From: Thermoplasmata archaeon
Lineage (GTDB): Archaea; Thermoplasmatota; Thermoplasmata; Sysuiplasmatales; Sysuiplasmataceae
Reading direction: 5' to 3'
NCBI GenBank assembly: GCA_021806165.1
Contig: JAJZXY010000007.1
Span: 15,059 to 79,058 of the forward strand
Length of the DNA: 64,000 bases
Below, piece by piece: positions 47,540 through 57,923 of the stretch. Under the pieces are notes generated by a model. It ran no database searches, had not been told where the DNA came from, and saw only the letters and a program-made list of their open reading frames with translations. Positions within the stretch are counted from its first letter, which is position 1. Each line of letters opens with the position of its first letter. A program made the position numbers and the translations under genes.

Positions 47540-49159
47540 TCAGACGGAGCCGTATTTCTGCCTTATCGCGGCCCTTATCAGGCCGAGGTGGAGGGGCGAG
47601 GGCCTGCCTGGCCTCGACTTGAACTCCGGATGGAACTGGGAGCCCACGAAGTAGTCGCCCGACTGCAGCTCTGCCACTTCCATCCTCCTGCCATCCTCCG
47701 ACCTGCCGGTAAAATGGAGCCTTCCTGAGGTGAGGTCCGAAATGAGCTCGGGGTTGACTTCATACCTGTGCCTGTGCCTTTCGGATATTTCTGTCGAGGC
47801 GTAGAGGGAGGCTACCTTAGATCCCTGCTCAAGCAGCACCCTGTGCGCGCCAAGGCGCATGGTACCTCCCTTTTCGGAGACGCTCCTCTGCTCCGGCAGC
47901 AGATCGATGACTGGGTGCGGTGTCCCAGGATCGAATTCTGTGCTGTTCGCCCTCTCCCAGCCAAGGACATTTCTTGCATAATCAATGACAGCGCACTGGA
48001 ATCCCAGGCATATGCCCAGATAGGGCTTGTTGGACTCGCGTGCATATCCTGCTGCGCCTATCTTCCCCTCGATCCCCCTGGAACCGAACCCGCCCGGGAC
48101 GAGTATTGCATCGGAGGCGGACAGCAGCTTCTCTGCCCCCTTCAGCTCAATGTCTTCGGACTCTATGAACTTGGTATTTACCCTGCACTCAGTCTCGGCG
48201 CCGACATGGTGGAATGCCTCGATGTGGCTGATATAGGCGTCCGCAAGCTCGGTGTACTTGCCCACTATTGCAACGTCGACAAAATACTTGGGATGTTCAA
48301 GCCTGCTGTAGAACGCCTCCCATTTCGACAGTTCCGGCTTTCCAAGAGGCAGGCCGAGCTTGCGCAGTATGTAGTCTGCCACATGCTGCTCCTCCAGCCA
48401 CATTGGAAGGCCATAGATGGACGGTAGATTGGGGGCGCTGATTACAGCGTCCACAGGGACGTTGCAGAAGAGTGATATCTTCTTCTTTATGTCCTGCTCG
48501 ATGTCCCTCTCCGCCCTCGCTATTATAATGTCAGGGTCTATACCGATGGCCCTCAGCTCCCTCACCGAGTGCTGTGTGGGCTTGGTCTTCTGCTCCCCCA
48601 CTGAACCTACCTCCGGGACAAGCGTGGTGTGCATGAAGAGGCAGTCCCTGTGTCCATTCCTGCCACCCATCTCCATGCTCATCTGCCTTACAGACTCGAG
48701 GAAGGGCATCGACTCTATATCACCGACGGTTCCACCCAGTTCGATGATGGCGACGTCGGCACCTGACGACTCGACTGCAGTGACAATCTTCCTCTTGATC
48801 TCGTTGGTGACATGCGGGATTATCTGCACAGTCTTTCCAAGATAGACGCCACCCCGCTCCTTGTCAATGACAGACTGGTAGATCTTGCCTGTGGTGATAT
48901 TGTGCTCCTTGGAAAGGCTCACATCGAGAAAGCGCTCATAGGTTCCCAGGTCGAGGTCAACCTCACCGCCGTCGTCCATCACGAAGACCTCGCCGTGCTC
49001 GAATGGATTCATTGTTCCGGCATCAATGTTGAGATACGGGTCTATCTTCACGGCAGTGACCTTCAGCCCCCTCGCAACGAAGAGCCTGCCGAGAGCGGCC
49101 GCGGTCGTTCCCTTCCCCAGCCCTGAAATAACACCGCCCGTGACGAAAATATATTTCAT
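47540..49159 (-). CDS. pyrG: CTP synthase
   Basis: MKYIFVTGGVISGLGKG, KIDPYLNIDAGTMNPFEHGE, LGICLG, HRHRYE, QFHPE. Confidence 0.99.
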   Translation of the reverse strand: MKYIFVTGGVISGLGKGTTAAALGRLFVARGLKVTAVKIDPYLNIDAGTMNPFEHGEVFVMDDGGEVDLDLGTYERFLDVSLSKEHNITTGKIYQSVIDKERGGVYLGKTVQIIPHVTNEIKRKIVTAVESSGADVAIIELGGTVGDIESMPFLESVRQMSMEMGGRNGHRDCLFMHTTLVPEVGSVGEQKTKPTQHSVRELRAIGIDPDIIIARAERDIEQDIKKKISLFCNVPVDAVISAPNLPSIYGLPMWLEEQHVADYILRKLGLPLGKPELSKWEAFYSRLEHPKYFVDVAIVGKYTELADAYISHIEAFHHVGAETECRVNTKFIESEDIELKGAEKLLSASDAILVPGGFGSRGIEGKIGAAGYARESNKPYLGICLGFQCAVIDYARNVLGWERANSTEFDPGTPHPVIDLLPEQRSVSEKGGTMRLGAHRVLLEQGSKVASLYASTEISERHRHRYEVNPELISDLTSGRLHFTGRSEDGRRMEVAELQSGDYFVGSQFHPEFKSRPGRPSPLHLGLIRAAIRQKYGSV

Positions 49160-49301
49160 CGATTCACGGGATCGGAACATTAGACAGGTCACTATTTCAA
49201 ACTTATGTCCTGCAGGCCGGTTGGCTGCAGGTGACAGAGCATGCGGAAGCTGAACGGAAATCGTCCCTGCGCTGTAGTCCGGTGAAGGGAAGATGACCTG
49301 A

Positions 49302-50369
49302 TCATGCCTTCCTCGAGGCAATCGTGTTTTTCAGATGAGTGAGCACATCCACAGGTGAAGGGTCTGTTCCGCGGAGCAGTGCGAGGTAGTAGCTTGTCAT
49401 GTCCCCTGCAGCTATGAGCCTGAGCATCTTGTCAAGCACCCCTCCCTCCCCGTGCCCGATGCATCTCGTCTCCATCCTCCCTTCGAACAGTTCGCCCACC
49501 ACTCCCATCCTCCTCCTGAGTAGCGGTTCATCGACAATGCTCTCAAGCAGGAGAGCCCTGTAGCCTGAAGAGGTAGGGTCCAGCTGCACGGGGACCCAGT
49601 CGTTGTGGTTTGCCTCCGGCATTATCATCAGCCATGCAAATCTCTTTGAATTCTCATTGAACTGCGTCTTCACCCTCTCGGCAACAGCATAGATGTCAGG
49701 TGTCGCGACGATTACTGGAGTCGCGTCTCCAATCCAGGCGGCTGTCTGCTTTGCCTCATTTTCGGCAAAGGGGACGTCGGGTGCAACAGCGGAAACGGCG
49801 CTTCGCGCAGCCTGCACGGCCCCCATGATGGTCCGGCTGAAGTCATGAATCCCCAGTTTCGTTGCTATTCCAAGCAGCGATGAGAGCATGTAGCCGAGGG
49901 CAGCCCTCGGCTGCTCCCCTGAAGGTATCTTTATGAACGGGAGGGAATGCTCCCTGCATATCTCCTCCAGCTTACCGCCTGATGAAATTCCCATCGAGGG
50001 GAGGCCCGCCTCCAGCCCCCGGGAGAAGCTTGTAATCGTCTCCTCCGTGTTTCCCGAATAGCTGATTCCGATATGCAGCGTCCCGTCGCGCAGGTTGCCA
50101 GGCAGCCAGTAGCTCCTGTTCACCTGGACCGCAGCTCCGCCCAGGTGTGCCATGAGGTCTGAGAAAATGTCGCCGCCGATGGCAGACCCGCCCATACCGG
50201 AGATAAGTATGCTGACAGGGTGCTCAGGCGTGCCGCCCATGTCTGCATTGTTTGACAGTTCCCATCCCTTCTCCAGCTGAAAAGGGAATGATACCAGTGC
50301 AGCGGACATGCCCTCCCTGTCTATTGCCTTCCTCTTTTCCGCGCTGTCCAGAATGCTGATGTCCGTCAT
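49302..50369 (-). CDS. Bifunctional phosphoglucose/phosphomannose isomerase
   Basis: GMGGSAIGG, ISYSGNTEET, SSGG.L, QPRAAL, KTQFNENSK, PEANHN. Confidence 0.93.
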   Translation of the reverse strand: MTDISILDSAEKRKAIDREGMSAALVSFPFQLEKGWELSNNADMGGTPEHPVSILISGMGGSAIGGDIFSDLMAHLGGAAVQVNRSYWLPGNLRDGTLHIGISYSGNTEETITSFSRGLEAGLPSMGISSGGKLEEICREHSLPFIKIPSGEQPRAALGYMLSSLLGIATKLGIHDFSRTIMGAVQAARSAVSAVAPDVPFAENEAKQTAAWIGDATPVIVATPDIYAVAERVKTQFNENSKRFAWLMIMPEANHNDWVPVQLDPTSSGYRALLLESIVDEPLLRRRMGVVGELFEGRMETRCIGHGEGGVLDKMLRLIAAGDMTSYYLALLRGTDPSPVDVLTHLKNTIASRKA

Positions 50370-50486
50370 CGCCCCTCGCTAAGGTATGCCTGGTATTTTA
50401 CGAATACTGTCTCGAGCGGGAGGAACTGGAGGGGCAAAGTCAAAGTACATTGGAGCTTTCACTCATACACAGACAAAGGGAAGGGA

Positions 50487-51008
50487 TTGCTGATAACCCA
50501 AGAGGAGAAGAGCGTCAGGGTAATGGCGTCGGGCGTCTTCGACATAGTCCACCTTGGACACGTCCACTACCTTCAGGAGGCAAGGAAGCTTGGAAGCGAG
50601 CTTGTCGTTGTGGTTGCGACCGATGCAACTGTCAGGAAGATGAAGCACGAACCCATCACCCCGGGGAGGATGAGGGTCGAGCTTGTTGCCGCGCTGAAGC
50701 CTGTGGACAGGGCGCTCCTCGGACATGAAGATGACATATTCAGGACTGTGGAAGAGGTGAAACCTGATATCATAGCGCTTGGATATGACCAGCACTTCGA
50801 CGAGAAGGAGCTGGAAAGGCAGCTGGCAGCCAGGGGGTTGGGCGGCATCAGGATTGTCAGGCTGTCCAAGATGGACTATGACCTGAACGGAACAAGGAAG
50901 ATAATTCAGAGGGTCATCGACTGGTACACCCTCGAGAACAGGCTGAAGCTTGGCGGTGAGGGTAAAGATGCTCAGAGGCGGCAGACCGATATTAATATGA
51001 AAGACTAG
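50487..51008 (+). CDS. ribL: FAD synthase (cytidylyltransferase family)
   Basis: VMASGVFDIVHLGH..YL.EA..LG, PDIIALGYDQ. Confidence 0.88.
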   Translation: MLITQEEKSVRVMASGVFDIVHLGHVHYLQEARKLGSELVVVVATDATVRKMKHEPITPGRMRVELVAALKPVDRALLGHEDDIFRTVEEVKPDIIALGYDQHFDEKELERQLAARGLGGIRIVRLSKMDYDLNGTRKIIQRVIDWYTLENRLKLGGEGKDAQRRQTDINMKD

Positions 51009-51023
51009 AAACTACCAGTTGAC

Positions 51024-51893
51024 GTGATAATAGTCAGGGGTTCAAGCAGTGCTCTGCTTTCAGAACATTTGGCTGCAGAATCGGGGTGGGGACTTGCCTC
51101 TTCCGAACTGAAGCGTTTCCCGGACGGGGAGAGCTATGTCAGGGTCGTTTCACCGCTTGAAGGGGAGGACATCCTGGTGGTTTCGGCCACCTTCCCTGAC
51201 AGCAATATTATTGAGACGCTGCTGCTGCATGACGCCGTTTCAAGAAAGAAGCCTGCATCCATCAGGCTGCTGGTCCCTTATTATGGCTACCAGAGGCAGG
51301 ACAAGCTGTTCAAGGATGGCGAATCTGTGAGTGCAGAGGTCATAGCAGGCGTTCTTGACAACAGGTTCGACGAGATAATGACAGTCGACCTTCATGCCGA
51401 GGGGGTGTCAAAGTACATAAGGAACACAAAGACGAAGAATTTCGTCGCATCCCCCCAGATTGCAAAGCATTTCAGGAGAAAGGAGATTGACACCGTGATT
51501 TCACCCGACGGGGGACTCAGGGCTGTCGAGTATGCGAAGATAGCGGCAAAGGAGCTTGGATGCGACTACGACTATTTCCTGAAGGAGCGCATTGATTCTG
51601 CAACTGTGAAGCTCTACCCGAAGAAGGTTGATGTGAAGGACAGGAATGTGCTGATTGTCGATGACATAATTGCCACAGGCGGTTCAATGCTGGCAGCAAT
51701 CAGGAGGCTCAAGGAGCTGGGTGCGAAGCACATATACGCCGGCTGCACACACGGCCTCTTCACAGACAGCGCGCTTGCCAAGCTGAAGGAGGCTGCGGAT
51801 GAGGTCATTTCCACGGACACCATCGAGAGTGAGGCATCGGCCGTTTCGATAGCACCTCTCGTTTCGGAGCACCTGTTCGAGCTCAGGCACTAG
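51024..51893 (+). CDS. prs: Ribose-phosphate pyrophosphokinase
   Basis: KRFPDGESYVR, PYYGYQRQDK.F, VDDIIATGGS, CTHGLF. Confidence 0.97.
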   Translation: MIIVRGSSSALLSEHLAAESGWGLASSELKRFPDGESYVRVVSPLEGEDILVVSATFPDSNIIETLLLHDAVSRKKPASIRLLVPYYGYQRQDKLFKDGESVSAEVIAGVLDNRFDEIMTVDLHAEGVSKYIRNTKTKNFVASPQIAKHFRRKEIDTVISPDGGLRAVEYAKIAAKELGCDYDYFLKERIDSATVKLYPKKVDVKDRNVLIVDDIIATGGSMLAAIRRLKELGAKHIYAGCTHGLFTDSALAKLKEAADEVISTDTIESEASAVSIAPLVSEHLFELRH

Positions 51894-51954
51894 CTTCCCC
51901 TCCAGAACATTTTAATTACCGCCCCAGTTCATGCATGGGCATCGCGGCTGAGTA

Positions 51955-53361
51955 GTGGTTCGTGTGAAGAAGGAAGAGAACTTTAGCGACTGGTACAACG
52001 AGGTTGTGGAGGAGAACGGCCTCACAGACAAGAGGTATCCCATCAAGGGTATGAACGTCTGGCCGCCCTACGGCTGGAAGACGATGCTCCTCATTGACGC
52101 CATAGTGAGGAGGGAATTCGACTCCAGGGGGCATGACGAGGTGAACTTCCCGCTGCTCATCCCCGAGGACCAGTTTGAGAAGGAGAAGGAGCACATCAAG
52201 GGATTCGACTCCCAGGTCTTCTGGGTGACAAAGGCAGGCGACAATGAACTCGACATAAGGCTTCTGCTCAGGCCGACTAGCGAAACGGCGATGTACCCCC
52301 TCTTCGCGACATGGATAAGGTCGCATGCTGACCTTCCGCTCAGGATCTACCAGATAGTCAACACATTCAGGTATGAGACAAAGCAGACAAGGGCGTTCAT
52401 CAGGGTCAGGGAGATACATTTCATTGAGGGGCACACCTGCCACGCCACATTTGAGGATGCAGAGAGGCAGATCAATGAGGACATTGAAATCATGAGGGAC
52501 ATTGCAAAGGGTCTCTGCCTGCCTTTCAGGATACACACCAGGCCCGACTGGGACAAGTTCCCCGGTGCATTCTATACCAAGGCCATAGACACCCTCCTGC
52601 CGGACGGGAGGACGCTGCAGATAGCGTCCATCCACCAGTACAGGAGCAATTTCGCAGTGCCTTACGGCATTTACTTCGAGGAGGAGGATGGCACACGCAA
52701 GCCGGTCTTCCAGACAACTTTCGGCCTTAGCGAGAGGATGCTTGGCGCGGTGGTAGCTGTGCATGGGGACGACATGGGGCTGGTTATGCCGCCTCCGATT
52801 GCACCCGTGCAGGCCGTCGTCGTCCCGGTACCCGTGAAGGGGGAGGCAGGAAGCATCGGCGGGGAGGCGGAGAAGGTGTGGAAGAGGCTTTCGGCCGCAG
52901 GCGTACGCGCCAGGCTGGACAGCCGCGACATCAGGCCCGGAAACAAGTATTATGAATGGGAGAGGAAGGGTGTTCCACTGCGCATAGAGGTGGGCAGGAG
53001 GGAGGCGGCCGAGAAATTTGTAACCGCAGTCAGGAGGGACAGCGGCGAGAAGTCAAGGATAGACGGCGCTTCGCTGGAGGATGGCGTGAAGGAGCTGCTT
53101 GATGAAATATCGGATTCACTCAGGAGGAGGGCGGCCGAGAAGGAGAAGCTCCTTGAGAAGGAGGCAGCGGCACTGGCTGACATCGGGCCGGGCCTCAACA
53201 TGGTCTGGTGGTGCGGCTCGGAGGAGTGTGGAAAAGGCATAGACGAGAAGACAGGCTCGAGCATCCTGGGCATACCCGAGGGGAAGCAGGAGGGTAGCGG
53301 CAGGTGCATAGTTTGCGGAAAGGAGACAGGCACAAGGGCGGCGGTATCAAGGCCTATGTAG
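51955..53361 (+). CDS. proS: Proline-tRNA ligase (archaeal/eukaryotic type)
   Basis: RYPIKGM, RPTSET, FRYETK.TR.FIRVREI, KWERKGVPLR.E.G, C-terminal Zn site. Confidence 0.98.
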   Translation: MVRVKKEENFSDWYNEVVEENGLTDKRYPIKGMNVWPPYGWKTMLLIDAIVRREFDSRGHDEVNFPLLIPEDQFEKEKEHIKGFDSQVFWVTKAGDNELDIRLLLRPTSETAMYPLFATWIRSHADLPLRIYQIVNTFRYETKQTRAFIRVREIHFIEGHTCHATFEDAERQINEDIEIMRDIAKGLCLPFRIHTRPDWDKFPGAFYTKAIDTLLPDGRTLQIASIHQYRSNFAVPYGIYFEEEDGTRKPVFQTTFGLSERMLGAVVAVHGDDMGLVMPPPIAPVQAVVVPVPVKGEAGSIGGEAEKVWKRLSAAGVRARLDSRDIRPGNKYYEWERKGVPLRIEVGRREAAEKFVTAVRRDSGEKSRIDGASLEDGVKELLDEISDSLRRRAAEKEKLLEKEAAALADIGPGLNMVWWCGSEECGKGIDEKTGSSILGIPEGKQEGSGRCIVCGKETGTRAAVSRPM

Positions 53362-53577
53362 TCACTGCCCTGCAGGCCTCTTCCTGAAGAGGAGAATGCC
53401 GAGGGCGCCTATGCCCGCAAAGAAGACCACTATGGAGTATACGCCGTCGTTGCCGGGGGAGAAAATATTCCATTCCCCGTAGGCGAGACCGTATCCCCAG
53501 TAGAACGAAATGCCGATGACTAGCATCAGAGCCGAGCCAGTCATTTTCAAGCGCCTGGAGAGTTCCCCTTCAGCCAT
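53362..53577 (-). CDS. Small two-TM membrane protein
   Basis: 71 aa from ATG 53577 with two hydrophobic helices and a YWG...WN loop; fills the gap convergent with proS. Confidence 0.65.
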   Translation of the reverse strand: MAEGELSRRLKMTGSALMLVIGISFYWGYGLAYGEWNIFSPGNDGVYSIVVFFAGIGALGILLFRKRPAGQ

Positions 53578-53685
53578 CTGAAGGTGCAAGAATGCGTATG
53601 CTTTATAAATCTTATTCCGGAGCAATGCTGACGGGAACGGGGCAAAGATTACGAACAGGCTGGCGCATCCTGCTGCAGTGGCAAA

Positions 53686-54108
53686 ATGAGGACGGCAGTC
53701 AATCAGAATGTGGCGGTGCTCCTTGACGACGGCGAATCTGTCATGGACGGCATAGCAAAAGCATGTGAGCAGGCTGGAACAGACTCTGCAATGGTTCTTT
53801 CCGGCATAGGCATGATGAGGGAGGTCGAACTGGGATACTGGAACGGAAGGGAGTATGAATTGCACTCCTTCGAATCACCGATGGAGCTGCTCTCACTGGG
53901 CGGCTCATTTGCCATGCTTGAAGGCAGTCCCTCGGTCCATCTGCACGCAGCACTTGCGGACGGGAGCCACATGGTTATGGGCGGCCACCTTTCAAGGGGA
54001 GTGGTGCACAATATCAATGAGATCGCACTTGCACCGTTCGGCAGAGGCATGTTCGCCAGGAAGTACAGTGAAAGGACGAGACTCAACATGCTTCAATTCA
54101 CCCGCTGA
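53686..54108 (+). CDS. PPC/DUF296 domain protein
   Basis: LSGIG, ELLSLGG, HLHAALAD...V.GGHL..G.V...NEI. Confidence 0.92.
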   Translation: MRTAVNQNVAVLLDDGESVMDGIAKACEQAGTDSAMVLSGIGMMREVELGYWNGREYELHSFESPMELLSLGGSFAMLEGSPSVHLHAALADGSHMVMGGHLSRGVVHNINEIALAPFGRGMFARKYSERTRLNMLQFTR

Positions 54109-54193
54109 GACGCTGTGGGCAGGTTTGGCGGAAAACATTTTAAGAGCGGGGAGGGTAGTATACACAATAACAGGAGCGGAGTGTGGAAAGACA

Positions 54194-54970
54194 ATGGGAC
54201 GAATGAACAGATTCATGAGAAACGGCAGGAGCATCATTCTTGCATATGACCAGGGACTTGAGCACGGTCCAACAGACTTTGATGAGAGGAACGTGGACCC
54301 GAAGTTTGTGATTGACATAGCCAACAGGGGAGGGTATGACGCATTTGCATGCCAGAAGGGCATAGCAGAGAAATACCACGAGCTCATCGAGGCACCCCTC
54401 CTCATAAAGCTGAACGGAAAGACAAAGATCTACGGGAAGGAGCCAATAGCAGCGCAGAACTGCTCGGTTGAGAAGGCGGTCAAGCTCGGTGCATCCGCCG
54501 TGGGCTACACCATATACATAGGGAGTGCACACGAGCATGAAATGATGAAGGAGTTCGGCAGGATCGAGGAGGAGGCGCATGATGCCGGCCTCGCAGTTGT
54601 CATGTGGATATACCCCAGGGGGGAGTATGTGAAAGATGACACCGCCGGGGACATGGTGGCATATGCTGCGCGCACAGCGCTTGAGCTCGGAGCGGATGCT
54701 GCCAAGGTTAAGTTCACAGGGGACAGGGAGAGCTTCAGATGGGTGGTGAGGGCAGCCGGGAACATACCAGTTTACATGGCCGGCGGGCCGAAGACGAAGA
54801 GCGAGGAGGAATTCCTCTCCCATGTGTCAGGCGTTGTGGAGTCGGGAGCAGCGGGCATTGCTGTGGGCAGGAACGTCTGGCAGAGCGACGACCCCTTCAG
54901 GACATCAAAGCTGCTTAACCAGATTATCATAGAGGGCAAGGGGCAGAAAGAGATCGCAAAGACAGCGTGA
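54194..54970 (+). CDS. fba: Class I (DhnA-type) fructose-bisphosphate aldolase
   Basis: LAYDQGLEHGP, GASAVGYTIY.GS, W.YPRG, YAAR...ELGAD..KVK, AGGPK, GRNVWQ. Confidence 0.93.
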   Translation: MGRMNRFMRNGRSIILAYDQGLEHGPTDFDERNVDPKFVIDIANRGGYDAFACQKGIAEKYHELIEAPLLIKLNGKTKIYGKEPIAAQNCSVEKAVKLGASAVGYTIYIGSAHEHEMMKEFGRIEEEAHDAGLAVVMWIYPRGEYVKDDTAGDMVAYAARTALELGADAAKVKFTGDRESFRWVVRAAGNIPVYMAGGPKTKSEEEFLSHVSGVVESGAAGIAVGRNVWQSDDPFRTSKLLNQIIIEGKGQKEIAKTA

Positions 54971-56001
54971 TTCAATTGAAGATAGGCATACTGAACGGAG
55001 GGGGCGACTGCGCCGGCCTCAATGCAGTCACTCGCGGCGCCGTCAGGGCTGCAGAGGACGCAGGTGACAGCGTAGTGGCCATAAGAAGGGGATGGGCAGG
55101 CCTGCTTGAGAAGGATGCATCACCCATCACATACTCGGATTTCGAGATGCTGATCGGGGAAGGGGGCACAGCTCTCGGCACCTCCAGAACGAACCCGCTG
55201 AAGAGGGAGCATGGGCTCGAAGTCGTGTCGCAGAATATACGCTCTCTCGGGCTCGACGCACTGATTGCGGTCGGAGGAGACGATACACTGGGTGTTGCCA
55301 GGGAACTGTCGCTTGCAGGGGAGAAGGTAATCGGCGTTCCGAAGACAATAGACAATGACCTTGCAGGAACGGATTATTCATTCGGCTTCTTCACCGCAGT
55401 AGATGAGGCGATGAGGATGATTGAGAGCCTTGCAACAACAGGCCGCTCCCACTCCAGGACTATGATTGTTGAGGTGATGGGGCGCGATGCGGGGTGGATA
55501 TCCCTGTATGCAGGTAGCGCCGCCGGAGCCAACATGGTGCTCATACCTGAATTCAGGACGGGTGCCGATGACGTGATAAAGCTACTTGAAGAGAGGAAGA
55601 AGGCGGGGAAGCGCAGCTCGGTCATAGTTGTGGCGGAGGGCGTGAGTTTCGTCCAGCGCGAAGGTGTCGAAAAGGATGAATTCGACCATGAACTGATTGC
55701 AAAGGCGCCCGGAGAGAGCAATGCGAGCTACCTCGCGAGACTCATTGAGGAAAGGACAGGGCTGGAAACAAGGGCGACGGTGCTAGGCCACACCATCAGG
55801 GGAACGAGGCCCAATGCCTATGACCGCATAATGAGCATAAGGCTTGGCGCCAGGGCAGCCGCGGCTGCTCACGGCGGCAGGTTCGGCGTCATGGTGGCCA
55901 TCAGGGGCGCGGGCATCGAAGAGGTGCCGCTCACCGAGGGCACAAAGAAGAAGTTTGTGGACGAGGAGACATGGAAGTCGCTGCGCATCTTCTTCTCATG
56001 A
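54967..56001 (+). CDS. pfp: PfkA-family phosphofructokinase, PPi-dependent signature
   Basis: GGGDCAGLNA, GGDDT, PKTIDND, EVMGR.AG, LGH..RG..P...DR. Confidence 0.88.
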   Translation: MIQLKIGILNGGGDCAGLNAVTRGAVRAAEDAGDSVVAIRRGWAGLLEKDASPITYSDFEMLIGEGGTALGTSRTNPLKREHGLEVVSQNIRSLGLDALIAVGGDDTLGVARELSLAGEKVIGVPKTIDNDLAGTDYSFGFFTAVDEAMRMIESLATTGRSHSRTMIVEVMGRDAGWISLYAGSAAGANMVLIPEFRTGADDVIKLLEERKKAGKRSSVIVVAEGVSFVQREGVEKDEFDHELIAKAPGESNASYLARLIEERTGLETRATVLGHTIRGTRPNAYDRIMSIRLGARAAAAAHGGRFGVMVAIRGAGIEEVPLTEGTKKKFVDEETWKSLRIFFS

Positions 56002-56005
56002 GCGC

Positions 56006-57043
56006 CTACGCGTAATCCAGAACAACCTTCCCGGCGCGCCCGTGCTCGCCGAGCCTCTTCATGGCAGCGGGCAGCTCACTGAACGGATGCACCGAATCAA
56101 TCAGGGGCCTGATTTTGCCCTCTGCCATGGCCTTCATTGCGCCAAGCGTGTCTGAGCGCGAAAAGGTTGTTGAACCGATATACTCCACCTGCATGGAATA
56201 GAGATGCAGGAGGCTGAGCTTTGCCTCTGTGCCCGTAAGCGTTCCGCATGTGGCGTAGCGCCCGAGAGGGGCAAGAGAGGCGGAGCTCATTTCGAATGTT
56301 GCACTCCCGACCGGGTCTATGACAATATCCGCGCCCCTGCCGCCCGTGAGCCGCCTGACCTCACCGGCCACATCCACGGCATTCCTGTCTATCACATGGT
56401 CTGCACCTGCATCCTTCATCAAGCGCTCATGGGCGCTGCCTCCGACAACTGCGGCGACCTCGCATCCGTAGAGCCTTGCAATCTGGACAGCAAATGAGCC
56501 GACACCTCCGTTTGCACCGACAACGAGCGCGAATTCATTCAGCGCAGGTCTCGCCCTCATCACGAGATGCCATGCTGTTGCGCCGTCAACAGCTATCGTG
56601 CTTGCATCCCTGAAGGACAGCCCTGATGGAATGGGCAGAATGTTTTCCTCCGGAACAGACACCCTCTCCTGCCATCCTCCCTCCCTCGAGACGCCGATGA
56701 TGTGGGGGGCCCTGCTCATCCTGCTGTTTGAAAGGCAGGCGCTTTCCTGTCCGCGCAGGCAGTAGTAGCAGCTGCCGCAGAAGAGTTTCGGGTTGACGAG
56801 CACATGCGCGCCGGCCTCAAGGCCTGCAGCGGGGCCGGTGAGCACTCCTGCGAATTCCGCGCCGGTGACGAAGGGCGGCTTTATCCAGTCGAACCTGCCT
56901 CCGATGGTCGATCTGTCCACAGGATTGACCCCTGCCGCCTTTACCTCCACCACTGCTTCACCCTCCCGAGCAACAGGCTCGGGCACGTCGGCGCCGACAA
57001 GCTTCTCAGGACCGCCAAACTCCCTGAAGATCCATGCCTTCAA
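56006..57043 (-). CDS. MDR superfamily (quinone/alcohol) oxidoreductase
   Basis: AAGVNPVD, structural Zn CGSCYYC...C, GANGGVGSFAVQ, GKVVL. Confidence 0.9.
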   Translation of the reverse strand: MKAWIFREFGGPEKLVGADVPEPVAREGEAVVEVKAAGVNPVDRSTIGGRFDWIKPPFVTGAEFAGVLTGPAAGLEAGAHVLVNPKLFCGSCYYCLRGQESACLSNSRMSRAPHIIGVSREGGWQERVSVPEENILPIPSGLSFRDASTIAVDGATAWHLVMRARPALNEFALVVGANGGVGSFAVQIARLYGCEVAAVVGGSAHERLMKDAGADHVIDRNAVDVAGEVRRLTGGRGADIVIDPVGSATFEMSSASLAPLGRYATCGTLTGTEAKLSLLHLYSMQVEYIGSTTFSRSDTLGAMKAMAEGKIRPLIDSVHPFSELPAAMKRLGEHGRAGKVVLDYA

Positions 57044-57212
57044 CTATATCCCTCCGCAACGGAAGGGAAAGGGCTTGATTTAACCATTTTGGAATGCTGA
57101 CTCATGCAGCTGTCCGTCAGATTGGATTAAATAGGTGCAGCTGTGTGAAAAAGAGAGCCGGAACGAGTGACACCCCATGGAAGAAAATGCAGGCGGAAGC
57201 ACAGGGACAGGC

Positions 57213-57905
57213 ATGGAGAGGGATTCGTGGAACAGGGTGGAAAGTGATATCGAGTCCATCGGCGAATTCTACGACAGCGCCGCGTCAATAATATCATTCG
57301 GCATGATGGACAGGTGGAGGAAGAAGGCTGCGCTGGAGACCGCTGACGGCATGGACGTGCTGGAGGTCGGCAGCGGCCCGGGGTCATTCTCAAGGCACCT
57401 GAAGGGAAGGGTTGTGATGCTCGAACCCAACGAGGCCATGCTGAGAAAGTCGCTCAAGGGCGGGCTATCCGAAGGGAGGTATGTCCCTGTCATAGGCGTG
57501 GCCGAGCACCTTCCATTCGTCGACGGTGCCTTCGACAGGGTAATGTCTGGATTCTCATTCAAGAATTTCATGGACAAGGGGAAGGCGCTGCTTGACATCC
57601 ACAGGGTTCTCAGGCAGGACGGAAGGGTTGTCATAATCGACATAGCAGAACCGGATTCGGGGATTAGGAGAAGGGTGATGGCTTTCTACATGAAGCACCT
57701 TCTCGGCAGGCTTGCCATCCTTGCAGTTCCGCGCAGCAGGAGGAAGGAGTGGAAATCCAACCCCTGGCACCACCTGAGCCTCGCATACATGAACCTCGGG
57801 AGGCCCGATGCCCTGGCGGAAAGGATGAAAAGAATGGGGTACAGCAGCTCCGCCTACAGGTACCTGATGACGCACGGGGTGGCAATAGTCACCGGAGAGA
57901 AGTGA
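57213..57905 (+). CDS. UbiE/MenG-family SAM-dependent methyltransferase
   Basis: YD......SFG....WR, VLEVGSGPG, AEHLPF.D..FD, L.D..RVL...G. Confidence 0.85.
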   Translation: MERDSWNRVESDIESIGEFYDSAASIISFGMMDRWRKKAALETADGMDVLEVGSGPGSFSRHLKGRVVMLEPNEAMLRKSLKGGLSEGRYVPVIGVAEHLPFVDGAFDRVMSGFSFKNFMDKGKALLDIHRVLRQDGRVVIIDIAEPDSGIRRRVMAFYMKHLLGRLAILAVPRSRRKEWKSNPWHHLSLAYMNLGRPDALAERMKRMGYSSSAYRYLMTHGVAIVTGEK

Positions 57906-57923
57906 GATGCGGTTATCCTGTTA

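Noticed and set aside
51916-52764. 282-aa ORF antisense to proS
   Set aside because: Antisense shadow caused by codon bias.
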